Shown here: positions 1 to 18,401 of the stretch, piece by piece
Layout of the letters: each line of letters starts with the position of its first letter
How positions within the stretch are numbered: position 1 is the stretch's first letter
Assembly: GCA_002269645.1 (NCBI GenBank)
Contig: NIVC01000094.1
Coordinates: 310,001-374,000 of the forward strand
DNA: 64,000 nucleotides
Source: Macrostomum lignano
Taxonomy: Eukaryota
Direction: 5' to 3'
The notes under the pieces: model-generated
Told to the model about the DNA's origin: nothing
Databases searched by the model: none
What the model saw: only the letters and a program-made list of their open reading frames with translations
Position numbers and translations under genes: made by a program

Positions 1-280
1 CAGCCGGCAGTTCGTACGTTCCAGTCCAAAAATATACTTCCCTTCGAGGTCTCTCACCACACCTCTCACTGGGAGGCCTGTGGTGATAAGAAGACAGTTG
101 TAGCCCTGATAGCCCTGGCCGCCCTGGCCGCATGTGCGCCTGTATAGCAGAATGTGAGTGTGCTTAACTGTCCCGCTTGTTGCACTCCGAGCTGAGAACC
201 GAACTGCATGTGACCAAATCGATTCATTTAAATCTGTCTCGTGTTTCACCAATATAATTTTTTATGAGCAGCAGAAGAGA

Positions 281-3279
281 CTGTTCGTAGTGGTTGATGA
301 CCAACTGAACACTGTTTTGAGTGGTTGATGACCAACTGAACACTGTTTAGAGTGGGTGATCACCAACTGAACACTGTTTTGAGTGGGTGATCACCAACTG
401 AACACTGTTTTGAGTGGTTGATGACCAACTGAACACTGTTTAGAGTGGGTGATGACCAACTAAACACTGTTTTGAGTGGGTGATGACCAACTGAACACTG
501 CTTAGAGTGGGTGATGACCAACTGAACACTGCTTAGAGTGGGTGATGACCAACTGAACACTGTTTAGAGTGGGTGATGACCAACTAAACACTGCTTAGAG
601 TGGGTGATGACCAACTGAACACTGCTTAGAGTGGGTGATGACCAACTGAACACTGCTTAGAGTGGTTGATGACCAACTGAACACTGTTTAGAGTGGGTGA
701 TGACCAACTAAACACTGTTTTTGAGTGGGTGATGACCAACTGAACACTGCTTAGAGTGGGTGATGACCAACTGAACACTGTTTTGAGTGGGTGATGACCA
801 ACTGAACACTGCTTAGAGTGGGTGATGACCAACTGAACACTGCTTAGAGTGGGTGATGACCAACTGAACACTGTTTTGAGTGGGTGATGACCAACTAAAC
901 ACTGTTTTGAGTGGGTGATCACCAACTGAACACTGTTTTGAGTGGGTGATGACCAACTGAACACTGTTTTGAGTGGGTGATCACCAACTGAACACTGTTT
1001 TGAGTGGGTGATGACCAACTGAACACTGTTTTGAGTGGGTGATGACCAACTGAACACTGTTTAGAGTGGGTGATGACCAACTAAACACTGTTTTGAGTGG
1101 GTGATCACCAACTGAACACTGCTTAGAGTGGGTGATGACCAACTAAACACTGTTTTGAGTGGGTGATGACCAACTGAACACTGCTTAGAGTGGGTGATGA
1201 CCAACTGAACACTGCTTAGAGTGGGTGATGACCAACTGAACACTGTTTTGAGTGGGTGATGATCAACTGAACACTGTTTTGAGTGGGTGATACCCAACTG
1301 AACACTGTTTTGAGTGGGTGATGACCAACTGAACACTGTTTTGAGTGGGTGATCACCAACTGAACACTGCTTAGAGTGGGTGATGACCAACTGAACACTG
1401 CTTAGAGTGGTTGATGACCAACTGAACACTGTTTAGAGTGGGTGATGACCAACTAAACACTGTTTTGAGTGGGTGATCACCAACTGAACACTGCTTAGAG
1501 TGGGTGATGACCAACTAAACACTGCTTAGAGTGGTTGATGACCAACTGAACACTGCTTAGAGTGGGTGATGACCAACTAAACACTGTTTTGAGTGGGTGA
1601 TCACCAACTGAACACTGCTTAGAGTGGGTGATGACCAACTGAACACTGTTTTGAGTGGGTGATCACCAACTGAACACTGTTTTGAGTGGGTGATGACCAA
1701 CTGAACACTGTTTTGAGTGGGTGATCACCAACTGAACACTGCTTAGAGTGGGTGATGACCAACTGAACACTGCGTAGAGTGGTTGATGACCAACTGAACA
1801 CTGTTTAGAGTGGGTGATGACCAACTAAACACTGTTTTGAGTGGGTGATGACCAACTGAACACTGCTTAGAGTGGGTGATGACCAACTAAACACTGCTTA
1901 GAGTGGTTGATGACCAACTGAACACTGTTTAGAGTGGGTGATGACCAACTAAACACTGTTTTGAGTGGGTGATCACCAACTGAACACTGCTTAGAGTGGG
2001 TGATGACCAACTGAACACTGTTTTGAGTGGGTGATCACCAACTGAACACTGTTTTGAGTGGGTGATCACCAACTGAACACTGTTTTGAGTGGGTGATGAC
2101 CAACTGAACACTGCTTAGAGTGGGTGATGACCAACTAAACACTGTTTTGAGTGGGTGATGACCAACTGAACACTGTTTTGAGTGGGTGATCACCAACTGA
2201 ACACTGTTTTGAGTGGGTGATGACCAACTGAACACTGTTTTGAGTGGGTGATCACCAACTGAACACTGCTTAGAGTGGGTGATGACCAACTAAACACTGT
2301 TTTGAGTGGGTGATCACCAACTGAACACTGCTTAGAGTGGGTGATGACCAAATGAACACTGTTTTGAGTGGGTGATGACCAACTGAACACTGCTTAGAGT
2401 GGGTGATGACCAACTGAACACTGCTTAGAGTGGGTGATGACCAACTGAACACTGTTTTGAGTGGGTGATGACCAACTGAACACTGTTTTGAGTGGGTGAT
2501 CACCAACTGAACACTGTTTTGAGTGGGTGATCACCAACTGAACACTGTTTTGAGTGGGTGATGACCAACTGAACACTGTTTTGAGTGGGTGATGACCAAC
2601 CAAACACTGCTTAGAGTGGGTGATGACCAACTGAACACTGTTTTGAGTGGGTGATGACCAACTGAACACTGTTTTGAGTGGGTGATCACCAACTGAACAC
2701 TGTTTTGAGTGGGTGATCACCAACTGAACACTGTTTAGAGTGGTTGATGACCAACTGAACACTGCTTAGAGTGGGTGATGACCAACTAAACACTGTTTTG
2801 AGTGGGTGATCACCAACTGAACACTGCTTAGAGTGGGTGATGACCAACTGAACACTGTTTTGAGTGGGTGATGACCAACTGAACACTGCTTAGAGTGGGT
2901 GATGACCAACTGAACACTGCTTAGAGTGGGTGATGACCAACTGAACACTGTTTTGAGTGGGTGATCACCAACTGAACACTGTTTAGAGTGGTTGATGACC
3001 AACTGAACACTGCTTAGAGTGGGTGATGACCAACTAAACACTGTTTTGAGTGGGTGATCACCAACTGAACACTGCTTAGAGTGGGTGATGACCAACTGAA
3101 CACTGTTTAGAGTGGGTGATGACCAACTGAACACTGTTTTGAGTGGGTGATGACCAACCAAACACTGCTTAGAGTGGGTGATGACCAACTGAACACTGTT
3201 TTGAGTGGGTGATGACCAACCAAACACTGCTTAGAGTGGGTGATGACCAACTGAACACTGTTAGGGTGATGACCAACTG
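281..3279. repeat. 31-bp tandem satellite, about 96 copies (AGTGGGTGATGACCAACTGAACACTGTTTTG and variants)
   Basis: Head-to-tail 31-bp periodicity with no spacers; variation is confined to about 4 positions. Confidence 0.98.
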
Positions 3280-3487
3280 CAGGCTATTCATAATCAACAA
3301 CGATTTGGCAAGATTAGCACCCATTAAGATGCAGTAAGTTTTCTTTAATGACCGTAATTTTTTTACCGTAAGCTTTTCAGGATTCGAATAATGATAAAAA
3401 TTCTGAATTTTTTTTCTCACAAATTTCAAGTCAAACCATTTTGCTTTCGAATTGGTAATAAAACTCGAAATAGGTAATAAAACCTAC

Positions 3488-3491
<4 letters not shown>

Positions 3492-3551
<60 letters not shown>
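3492..3551. repeat. (TG)n microsatellite
   Basis: Perfect dinucleotide run. Confidence 0.98.
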
Positions 3552-3553
<2 letters not shown>

Positions 3554-3907
3554 TCAGCGCATTTGCCTGCGACTGCGTGCATGTACTGCATGCATACACT
3601 ACTGCCTACTGCCGGCCACCTAAAAGCCCGTTGGGTAAAGAAGACAGCAACTGCTATCTTCTCTATTCCAGAATTAAATTGTCTTTAAAGATTGAAATCT
3701 TTCTGGCTTGGTTGCTGGAGACAATTTTGGCCTAGAAGCTTTAGAAATAGAACTGTTCACACCAGAAGTCTGAACTTCCGCTGAAGAAATGAATTATAGC
3801 TTATAGGCTTGCTTGCGTTTGGCAGGCTCGCATTCGGCCTGAGCCAAAGTATTGTTGCACTGTGTAGCTGAATTCTAGACTGTGACGCCTCACTGCACCC
3901 ATACGCC

Positions 3908-6680
3908 ATGTCTGGACGTCGAAAGAGCCTCCCGCAGCAGCAGCAGCCCTCACCAACAAGGTAGCTTTTATATTTCTATGCGATCGAGTCAAAGTCTGGG
4001 AACGGAGAGAAATTCGTGTGGATTTTGTATCTCTAGTGTATTTTTTTCATAAAGTCAGCCTCCAATAAGTTTCTAAGAATCGAAATGCTCCATTATTCTA
4101 CTCAATCACTTCAGATAAACCGATTCTGACCGCCGAAAAATCCCCTTCTTCCCCTCAGGGGTCCCTCAGGTCTGGCACCATTCGGCAGCTCCTACACGGC
4201 TGTTCACGGTCAGCAGCAACACAGGCAGCAGCAGCAGCAGCAGAAGCAAAGACAGCAGCAATTTCATCAACAGCTGGCCAACCGCGCCCATCAGCTACAG
4301 AGACGTCGCAGAGCTTTGGAGGCCACGCGCGAGCGTCTACTACGCGACATGCAGGACCGCCGTCGGGCGCTGGAGGGCACCTTCCGCTGGCTGGAGGACG
4401 TCCTGACAGCCCAGCGTCGTCAGCGTCTCTCCGAAGCGGAGCTCCTGGAGAGAAACTGCCGACGGCTGCTGGACAAGCGGATTGGCGAGTTGCGAGTCAC
4501 CCGTGACGCTCTGGTTGGCCGTCTCGGTGATGACTCCAAGCCGAGCGACGCCGACCTGCTGCAACTGCTCGAGTCGGCAACCGCTGCCCTGGGGCTCGAG
4601 GATGGCGCCGGTTCCGACGCGGCCGAAGCTGTCACGGACACAGGCGGTGCCGAGGAATCAGCGGTAGCAGAAGCGGTGGAGCAGCTGCGACTGTGCCAGC
4701 ACAGGTGGCAGGCTGATTTTGAGGCCTGGCTGAAGACAATGCCACCAGGGCCGGCCAGTTGTGAGTGGCTACTCTGGCTTAACTGACTTAGCTGCAGAGC
4801 GGTCCCGGGAGGGACACCGCTAATCCCTGAACGGCCTGCCTGAGGCTAGGAACGAAGGGTTGGCGCCGCCCAGGGAGGTCCCCCAGTGTCGCCAGCAGCC
4901 ATGTTGCTCTCTGGAATGGAGAGTTCATGCAGGTGGCTCGAAGGTAGCCCATGAGCTGAATAAAATGCTCAGCGATTTGTCACCTGAGTTGCTTAATCTT
5001 TGCCGCAAACCTTGACCTAGCTCTAGTTAAATGGTTTTCATCCATAGTCGGCTCGAAGGCCATGATAACGGTCGGTAGGCTACCCTCAAAGGGGCGCAGC
5101 ACCCGCCCAGCCGCTCCATCTGACTTGGCAGTGGGCCAAAAAACCCACAAGGCTGGCCCGATACCAGTAGGGGGACCGCTAGCGACCGAGACAGCGTGGG
5201 GAGTCTACGGCTGCCAGAGGCAAATCGAGGGCGCAGAATTCCCGCCAGTCTTGACCTGCAGAATGCGGGAGGCAGGAGTGTAACCCCTAAGCATGGACAA
5301 GATCACAGGGTACCGGCACACAGGTTACTGATACATAAATACATCTCTATAGCGAAAGTTTCCAGACGCGAACCGCGTTAATTATCGGATCTCGCGGCTG
5401 CAAAGCGAAAAGAAATAGTCAGTCGTAAAATCCTCCAATCCACTGCAGCCGCCACTTCCGCCCAGCTCTCCGTTCCGCCAAGCAGCGCGAAGGGTTCAAC
5501 AGGGGAGTCCGAGTACTACTCGCTGCCCGCCTCGGAGTCCTCTTCGGATGGGCCAGCCAGCCCCAGAGGGGCGGCGACCGCAGGCACCGCGCACCAAGCG
5601 GCGCACCCCTGCGCCTCCTGGCCGACCGCGCGCCAGCATGCTGGAGACCCGCCGACAGCGACCTCAGCCCGAGTCCCGCCCGACGAGTCCGAGCAGCCGC
5701 GCTATTGGTCGCCGAGCGCCGTCACCGCTTCGCGTCGTGGTTTCTTCGACGAAAGCTACCAGCCGCATCAAGAGTACCACAGGCAGAAAAACCGGCCAGC
5801 CAACCAGCCGCCGCCGCCGCAACCAACGCAGATCACCACCAGCGGCTGTCCCGTGTCGATCGCATTCGGCGGTCCGCCAGAGAATCTTCTCTACATTGCA
5901 GAAGAGTTCGAAGACGATCGGCCCAACCAGGTGAACATCTACACGGCCCGCGGTCGCCTGGTTGGCGCCTTCAGCTTCAACATCGGCCAGGAGGTGAACC
6001 CCTACAGGCTGGCCTGGTGTCCGCAGTCTCAGCGCCTCCTCGCACTGAGCTACGGCAGCAGGCACAGCACCCGGCCTTTCCTTGTGGACAGGCGTGGCCG
6101 GCCGGCCGAGCCTTTCACCTCGGCCACGCGAACGCTGAACCTGGCCAGCTTGGAGCCCATGGACATGGCCGTGGCCGATCCGCCCGGACTGGTGTTCCTG
6201 TGCTGTCCCGGCCAGGGACTCCTCATCATGGACCTGCGCGGCAGGCAGATCGGCTGCCACCAGCTCGGCCTGGGCGCGGCCGTGGCGGCCGGCTGGAGCG
6301 GCTCCACCCAGCAGCTGGCGGTGCTGCACTCCAAGTCGCAGCCGGCGTTCTGTCTGAGCCTTTTCGGCCTCGTGGAGGGCCAGACACTGCGTCTGAATGC
6401 AAATTGCGCCGTAGACTTCGAGTCCATCGACCCGCCGCTGGTCATCTGGGACGGGCCGCGCGTCCTGGTTGTCAAGGTAACCAACGAAAGCGGCGGCGGC
6501 TGCCTGGATGGCTACCTGGCTGAGCCCGGGTGCCAGCTGGTCTTCGAGACCACGCGGCTGCTGTGGCAGGGCGGGAGCCGGCGCAACCCAATCCACTGCT
6601 GCCTCTGCCTCCACGAAGGTCAAAGGATGCTGTGCATCTGCGACCGAAACCACCCTGCCGTGCTCACCTGCCTGGTGTGA
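3908..6680 (+). CDS. Coiled-coil plus C-terminal NHL-like beta-propeller protein (TRIM-NHL-like), about 628 aa, 3 exons
   Basis: Exons 3908-3960, 4159-4760 and 5449-6680 have GT-AG boundaries and compatible phases (2, 1), totalling 1887 nt = 629 codons. The protein has a Q-rich and helical N-half, a low-complexity linker, and repeats resembling NHL blades (e.g. PMDMAVADPPGLVF, NQVNIYTARGRLVGAF). Confidence 0.7.
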
Positions 6681-6827
6681 TGCGCTGGACAGTATTAATT
6701 AAATTGATTACCAGAATATCTAGCCACCTCATTGCATGATGCCGCAATACACACATTTTAAGGTTGCAAACGCCATTTTTGAGCTCCTAATCTCATTTTT
6801 CTATTAAAGATATTAAAGATAAACACA

Positions 6828-8616
6828 CAGGGACTACTCAATTCTCGGGACGGGAAACGGCCAAATCATGCAGAAAAAAGATGGAGGCCGATTTTCTCTG
6901 TTCTCTGCTGATTTTATGTTTTATCGCAAGAGCTTCAGCTTTTCACTATGTACACAAAATTTATCCCTCTTCAACTTCCTGTAGCCTGTTTCTACTCAAA
7001 TAACTTCGGATAAATGCTAGGAGACATTTTATACAGTACCCCTTTAATACACAAGCTCGATGCTTGATAAGCCAAGTGCATCTGTTGTAGAAGTCTATGG
7101 GAAACATTGAAGCAAGAAGTGAAAGCTTGTATTATGTGATGGCCTATAAGGTAAGGACTGATACCATAGAATGCAAATAAATAGTCAACTTTGGACTCCT
7201 CTGTGAGTTAACTTGGCTGGGTAGCCACGACACGACAGAAATTTTCATTTGCTCTTCCTAATTTTGCTTTGCGTTTTTTTCGCATTCATGCCAAGGAAAT
7301 GCTGTGTGCAATCATGCAAGTCGAACTATTTGAACGAAAAAACTTCTGTTAAAGTCTTTACTTTCCCAAACGATCCTATAGAGACGGAAAAATGGCGACT
7401 GGCTCTACCAAATGTCATCAAGGTGAGTCGAGCAGTAAACTGATAATAATGAAATTCGTGATTTTACTCTCTGCTGGGCAAAGTTGGAGAGACAGTGCAT
7501 TGTCTTTCTTGTTCGGAAGGACAAGTTTTGCGAGTTATTGTTTCTGTAGCACACCGCTCATAATTCTACAGGATCCAACACCGCATATGGCAGTATGCGA
7601 GAAGCACTGGCCAATATCAGTGCCAATGATAAAACGCAGCAGATATGAGCGACCTGTCGACCCGCCGTCCGTCTTTGACGTTGCAATTCCCCCATCATGT
7701 TTTGTTCAATCGAAATGTGAGAATTTGTCAATACATAAACTGTACACGCATTGTGCTACCAACATACAAACGATTCTCCATCGCATTGCTTACATCCATA
7801 ATTTTAGCATTAGCGAGAAAACCAAAAGTCCGTCGCGTTTTGTCTGCCGAAAGAAATTTTAAACCGGACGAGTTGGAAGAATTTCGTAAAATCGACAGTT
7901 TGCCAGGCTGGAGCGAGCTCGTTTCTGCACTCAAATCATCAGATATCGTTGCTCAACATTCGCTGTTTGTATCGTTATGCAATGAAGAAGTTTATTTGTT
8001 TGGCTTGGATTCGAGCGGAGAACTAAAGATCAAGATTTTTATTTCGTCCAACTTTGCAACTCGTGCTTTTCACTATCATTCGCCGGTTCCGCTGAGAGAT
8101 CTGCTAGGAGATCTTATCGTGTTTATTGTTCTTTATATGCTTGTTGTGAATGTTGTGTTTCTTGTATTTATGCATTTGGTGTTGTTGAATAGTCTAGTGC
8201 ACAATAGTGTGTATTCTAGCGCGATCGTTTTCCAAATCTTGGTATACATGTATTGACTATGTACAACAGTTTTTTTAATCTTATATCTTATGTTGCATAA
8301 CTTCTCGTATAATACAAGCTTTCACTTCTTGCTTCAATGTTTCCCATAGACTTCTACAACAGATGCACTTGGCTTATCAAGCATCGAGCTTGTGTATTAA
8401 AGGGGTACTGTATAAAATGTCTCCTAGCATTTATCCGAAGTTATTTGAGTAGAAACAGGCTACAGGAAGTTGAAGAGGGATAAATTTTGTGTACATAGTG
8501 AAAAGCTGAAGCTCTTGCGATAAAACATAAAATCAGCAGAGAACAGAGAAAATCGGCCTCCATCTTTTTTCTGCATGATTTGGCCGTTTCCCGTCCCGAG
8601 AATTGAGTAGTCCCTG
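6828..8616 (+). mobile_element. Non-autonomous P-superfamily-like DNA transposon with THAP gene; 308-bp TIRs, 8-bp TSD TAAACACA
   Basis: 6828-7135 is the reverse complement of 8309-8616 with no mismatch seen by eye. Termini are CAGGG...CCCTG. TAAACACA occurs at 6820-6827 and 8617-8624. An internal THAP-coding gene is present. Confidence 0.92.
7288..8256 (+). CDS. THAP-domain protein (truncated transposase N-terminus), about 240 aa, 3 exons
   Basis: Exons 7288-7422, 7572-7716 and 7808 (or 7814)-8256. MPRKCCVQSC...FTFP...W...VCEKHW...DPPSVF gives the C2CH THAP signature. No DDE catalytic region is present. Confidence 0.75.
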
Positions 8617-9228
8617 TAAACACACGAGAAAAATGACAATTATTTCATTTCATTGATGTTCGATAGAAATAGCTCTGAGCTGTAATTATTGATAGAAAAG
8701 GATTTTTTATTTTGTTTTCAACAAACCTTAAAACAGTACATTGTTACACTTAATTGAATTTACGGTATGGCCCCGGGACCATACAGTGTAGCTATGATTA
8801 TTATAAAAAAGTAAAGAATTTTCTCTAACGTCACATGTACATTGAATGATACATGTATACAGTCCGACGTCAGCGACGACAACAGATAATGTTTACGACG
8901 TTGACGTTGTGTGCATCGGAATTTTAAAATAGTGCGGAAAAGACGGCTTTTCGGACATCAGCTGGACCCCATGCATGATCCCCATCCCCAAGGAGGAATA
9001 TGCTGAAAAATGGTAAAACTATCGGACTTTATTGGATTGCGCGGTACACTTCCGCTAAATTGGACTTTGCGGTCTGTTAATGTGGTCCGCTACAAAAATT
9101 ATTTAATAATTAGCGTTAGGGGACTACATGTATACCGCTATATCCACTGAAAAAAGTTGCGATTCGCAAATATTGCATACATGCAGTACGAGTTCTCTAA
9201 TAGAATGATGCCAGCACAAAATCGAAAG

Positions 9229-9356
9229 GATTAGATTAGGAATGAGATTAGGAATGAGATTGAGATTAGAAAATATATGATTAGGAAGATTAGGAGAGAT
9301 TAGGAAGAGATTAGGAATAGGAAATTAAGAGATTAGGAAATAAATGAGATTAGGAA
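9229..9356. repeat. Degenerate GATTAGGAA-type short repeat
   Basis: Recurrent GATTAG(G)AA motif with irregular spacing. Confidence 0.7.
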
Positions 9357-10165
9357 CTCGTAGATACAGTTCACAAACAAAACCATTTAGACAACCTTGA
9401 AGCTCTAAGTAAAGCTTTTACGCTTTAACTGCACTATCGTTAACTGTTGGTGCGGCTAAAAAGCATTTGCAGGTGTCCGCGATCGAGCCAACGATACGCA
9501 TAACGGAAATGATAACATCCCCTATAAAATGAACACAATTAGGCATTCACACTAAGCTTATGCATCAATTTTATTTTGGACAACGCCTTTAATTTCGATA
9601 GTTTACTTATAATACTTATTACTTTTCTAATCGCTAACGACTACTAGAGCAGGAATAAAGGTCCCTCATTCGGGGGGGGGGGGGTTTGTGGCTTATTCAG
9701 TGTTAAAATTGTTACCTTGACAATCCAAAAAGTGCAATGAATTATTAAATGTGTTTAATTTTTCGTATTTTGTCAGGAGAGATAAACGACTTTAAGCCTA
9801 TGAAAAGCAAGTTGTCTTTTATATTCTTTGAGTTTGTTATTACAGAAGAAAAACTATTTAAATAAAAATCGCTTCACGGAATTTTTTTGCTTTCACTTTT
9901 ACTTTCTGACTTCAAACATTCGTAGATACAGTATACTCTAATTACTTAATTAAATATTAATTACAGTTAGTTGTACTTAATATTGCTAGTCTATTAATCT
10001 TAATAATTTGAGCTTTCCTTGTAGACAACGTTGAATTAAGTGAAATTCAAAATTAGTGCCACAATTAGTTATTGATTAGTTATCAATAAATTATCGCATT
10101 CTGACAATCAATTTAACTCGTTTGCAATTTGTATAATTAAAGTTAGTGTTGATTAATTAACGAGA

Positions 10166-16455
<6,290 letters not shown>

Positions 16456-17424
16456 GTTGGGCGCTCGGGCGGGCTCGAGTCCCGGACCTAGGGGTGGCTG
16501 AGGCGGAACTAACAACAATTTCTGTTTTTCTTTACACACACCTACGAATAGCAAGGAACCGCTGGCACCAAATCAATTGTGATCTGTTTTTTTGCCTGTC
16601 TCTCACTGGCTCGCACGCTGCTCCTTCCTATCTTACCGTATGCTGACTATTGGATTTATATTCCTATAAAAACAAACTCGAATGCTCGTCACTGCCTACT
16701 TAACTGGTGAGTAGCATCCCGTCAAGAAAATGTTTTTCTATGTTTTAGTACGTAAAGGCGTAAAGATAGAAGCTTTCCTGAATTGGTTGATTAGCTGAAT
16801 TACTCTTAAATGAAATTATTTGCGATAGCTTATTAATATTTTATGAGCAGTACGGTAAGCATATGTAATGTTAGGAAAAATCAGTCTGAAGTTTTTGCGC
16901 GTTATTCTATCGGTTGACGCTTTATTCAGAGGAGCCAATAGTTAATTAACACATAATTTGTGTTTAGATGAAGCCAGCTTTAGTTTAGAATTTCTTTCTC
17001 TATCAATTCAATGCTGCGTCTTTTCTAGAAGAAAAACTTCAAGCTGTTTCCTGTTATGGCTATTTAATTAATTCACTATTTCTGCTAACTTGACAACTGC
17101 GTTAACTAATTGCTACATGTGAACGAAAATTTTAGCAAGTATATGTATGCTCGTATAGTAAAAAATGTTTTTTCTACGTGTATGAGCTTGTTCAAAACTT
17201 TTGAAGCCTTACAGACTGTGTGATTTATACCTAGCAGGGAGATCTTAATGGGATCATGGCAGCTCAATAATAATGGTTCCTAGTACAGAAAGAATTAAAA
17301 TTCGCACAGCCTACTTATGTTGTGAACATTCTCAGTAGTACAGAAATAGAATTTATGAAAATTCTCAAATTTCTACATTATTAGATTGATATGCTTGATT
17401 GAGCATTCCCTGTACATTCTGTCA

Positions 17425-17735
17425 ACCGGAACCGGACAGTACCATATAAGAACCGGACGGTACCATATAAGAACCGGACAGTATCAGATAAGAACCGGAC
17501 TGTGCCATATAAGAACCGGACGGTACCAATTAACAACCGAACAGTATCAGATAAGAACCGGACTGTACCATATAAGAACCGGACGGTACTATATAAGAAC
17601 CGGACTGTACCATATAAGAACCGGACGGTACCATATAAGAACTGGACAGTATCAGATAAGAACCGGACAGTACCATATAAGAACCGGACAGTATCAGATA
17701 ATAACCGGACAGTACCAGGCAAGAACCGGACGGGA
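17425..17735. repeat. 21-bp minisatellite (about 15 copies)
   Basis: Unit AAGAACCGGACAGTACCATAT and variants. Confidence 0.93.
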
Positions 17736-18401
17736 CACTGTTTTAGCCTACGGTATGGGCTGATAGATACTTGTTTTATTAGTTAATAACTGGCTTTTTA
17801 TATCTATAAAGTACATGTACTTTACGATGGCTTAGAGAATATCGCGCACAAGGGCTTCCAGTTATTGTTAGAAGGCATGGCTTGGATGCTATTTACTTCT
17901 TCTGGCTTGAAAATCATTCATGGCTGCTTCCATTTTTCAGCTGACCCGCATTTTATTAATGTTTCATTAATAAGATATTGTGTTTGTATTGCAGTCCCAG
18001 TTGGAAGCTGGCTTGGCTGAGGGCTTGTGCTGGCACTTTAAATTCTCGAAGTATGAAGAACTGGTTATTAATGCCAATGAATGCCTGTTCAAAGGCCTTT
18101 TAAACTGAAGCGCTTCAACTTGCTGAAGAGATGCCAGAGAGCGATAAAAATACAATAGGCAGAGCTACTGGGGGAGGTTGGAGATGAAACTGTTGAGTCC
18201 AAGTGATACGAAGTTTAATTTATTCACGCGAACAAGTGCAGATTTTGTTGAAAGAGAGAGCTGGCTGCCAAAGGCCAAACAGTATACTGTAAATGAAAAT
18301 TCTTCAAAGAAACCGCGTTTTATTAAAGAGTCGCTCAAAGGCATTTTAACTACATTGAGTTAGGCCACCGCCTACAATTGATAAGCCACAAAAGCGACGA
18401 A

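Noticed and set aside
1-153. Possible exon at the window start (minus-strand open frames after a CAG acceptor; plus-strand GTGAGT donor at about 154)
   Set aside because: All plus frames have stops, the minus frames show no recognisable homology, and it is too short to call.
281-3279. CRISPR-like 31-bp, partly palindromic repeat
   Set aside because: Units are contiguous with no unique spacers, there are no cas genes, and the context is eukaryotic.
360-3429. Many ORFs reading MFSWSSPT...
   Set aside because: Translations of the 31-bp satellite.
4860-4880. TGGCGCCGCCCAGGGAG resembling a tRNA-Lys primer-binding site
   Set aside because: Partial match only; no LTR pair or gag/pol.
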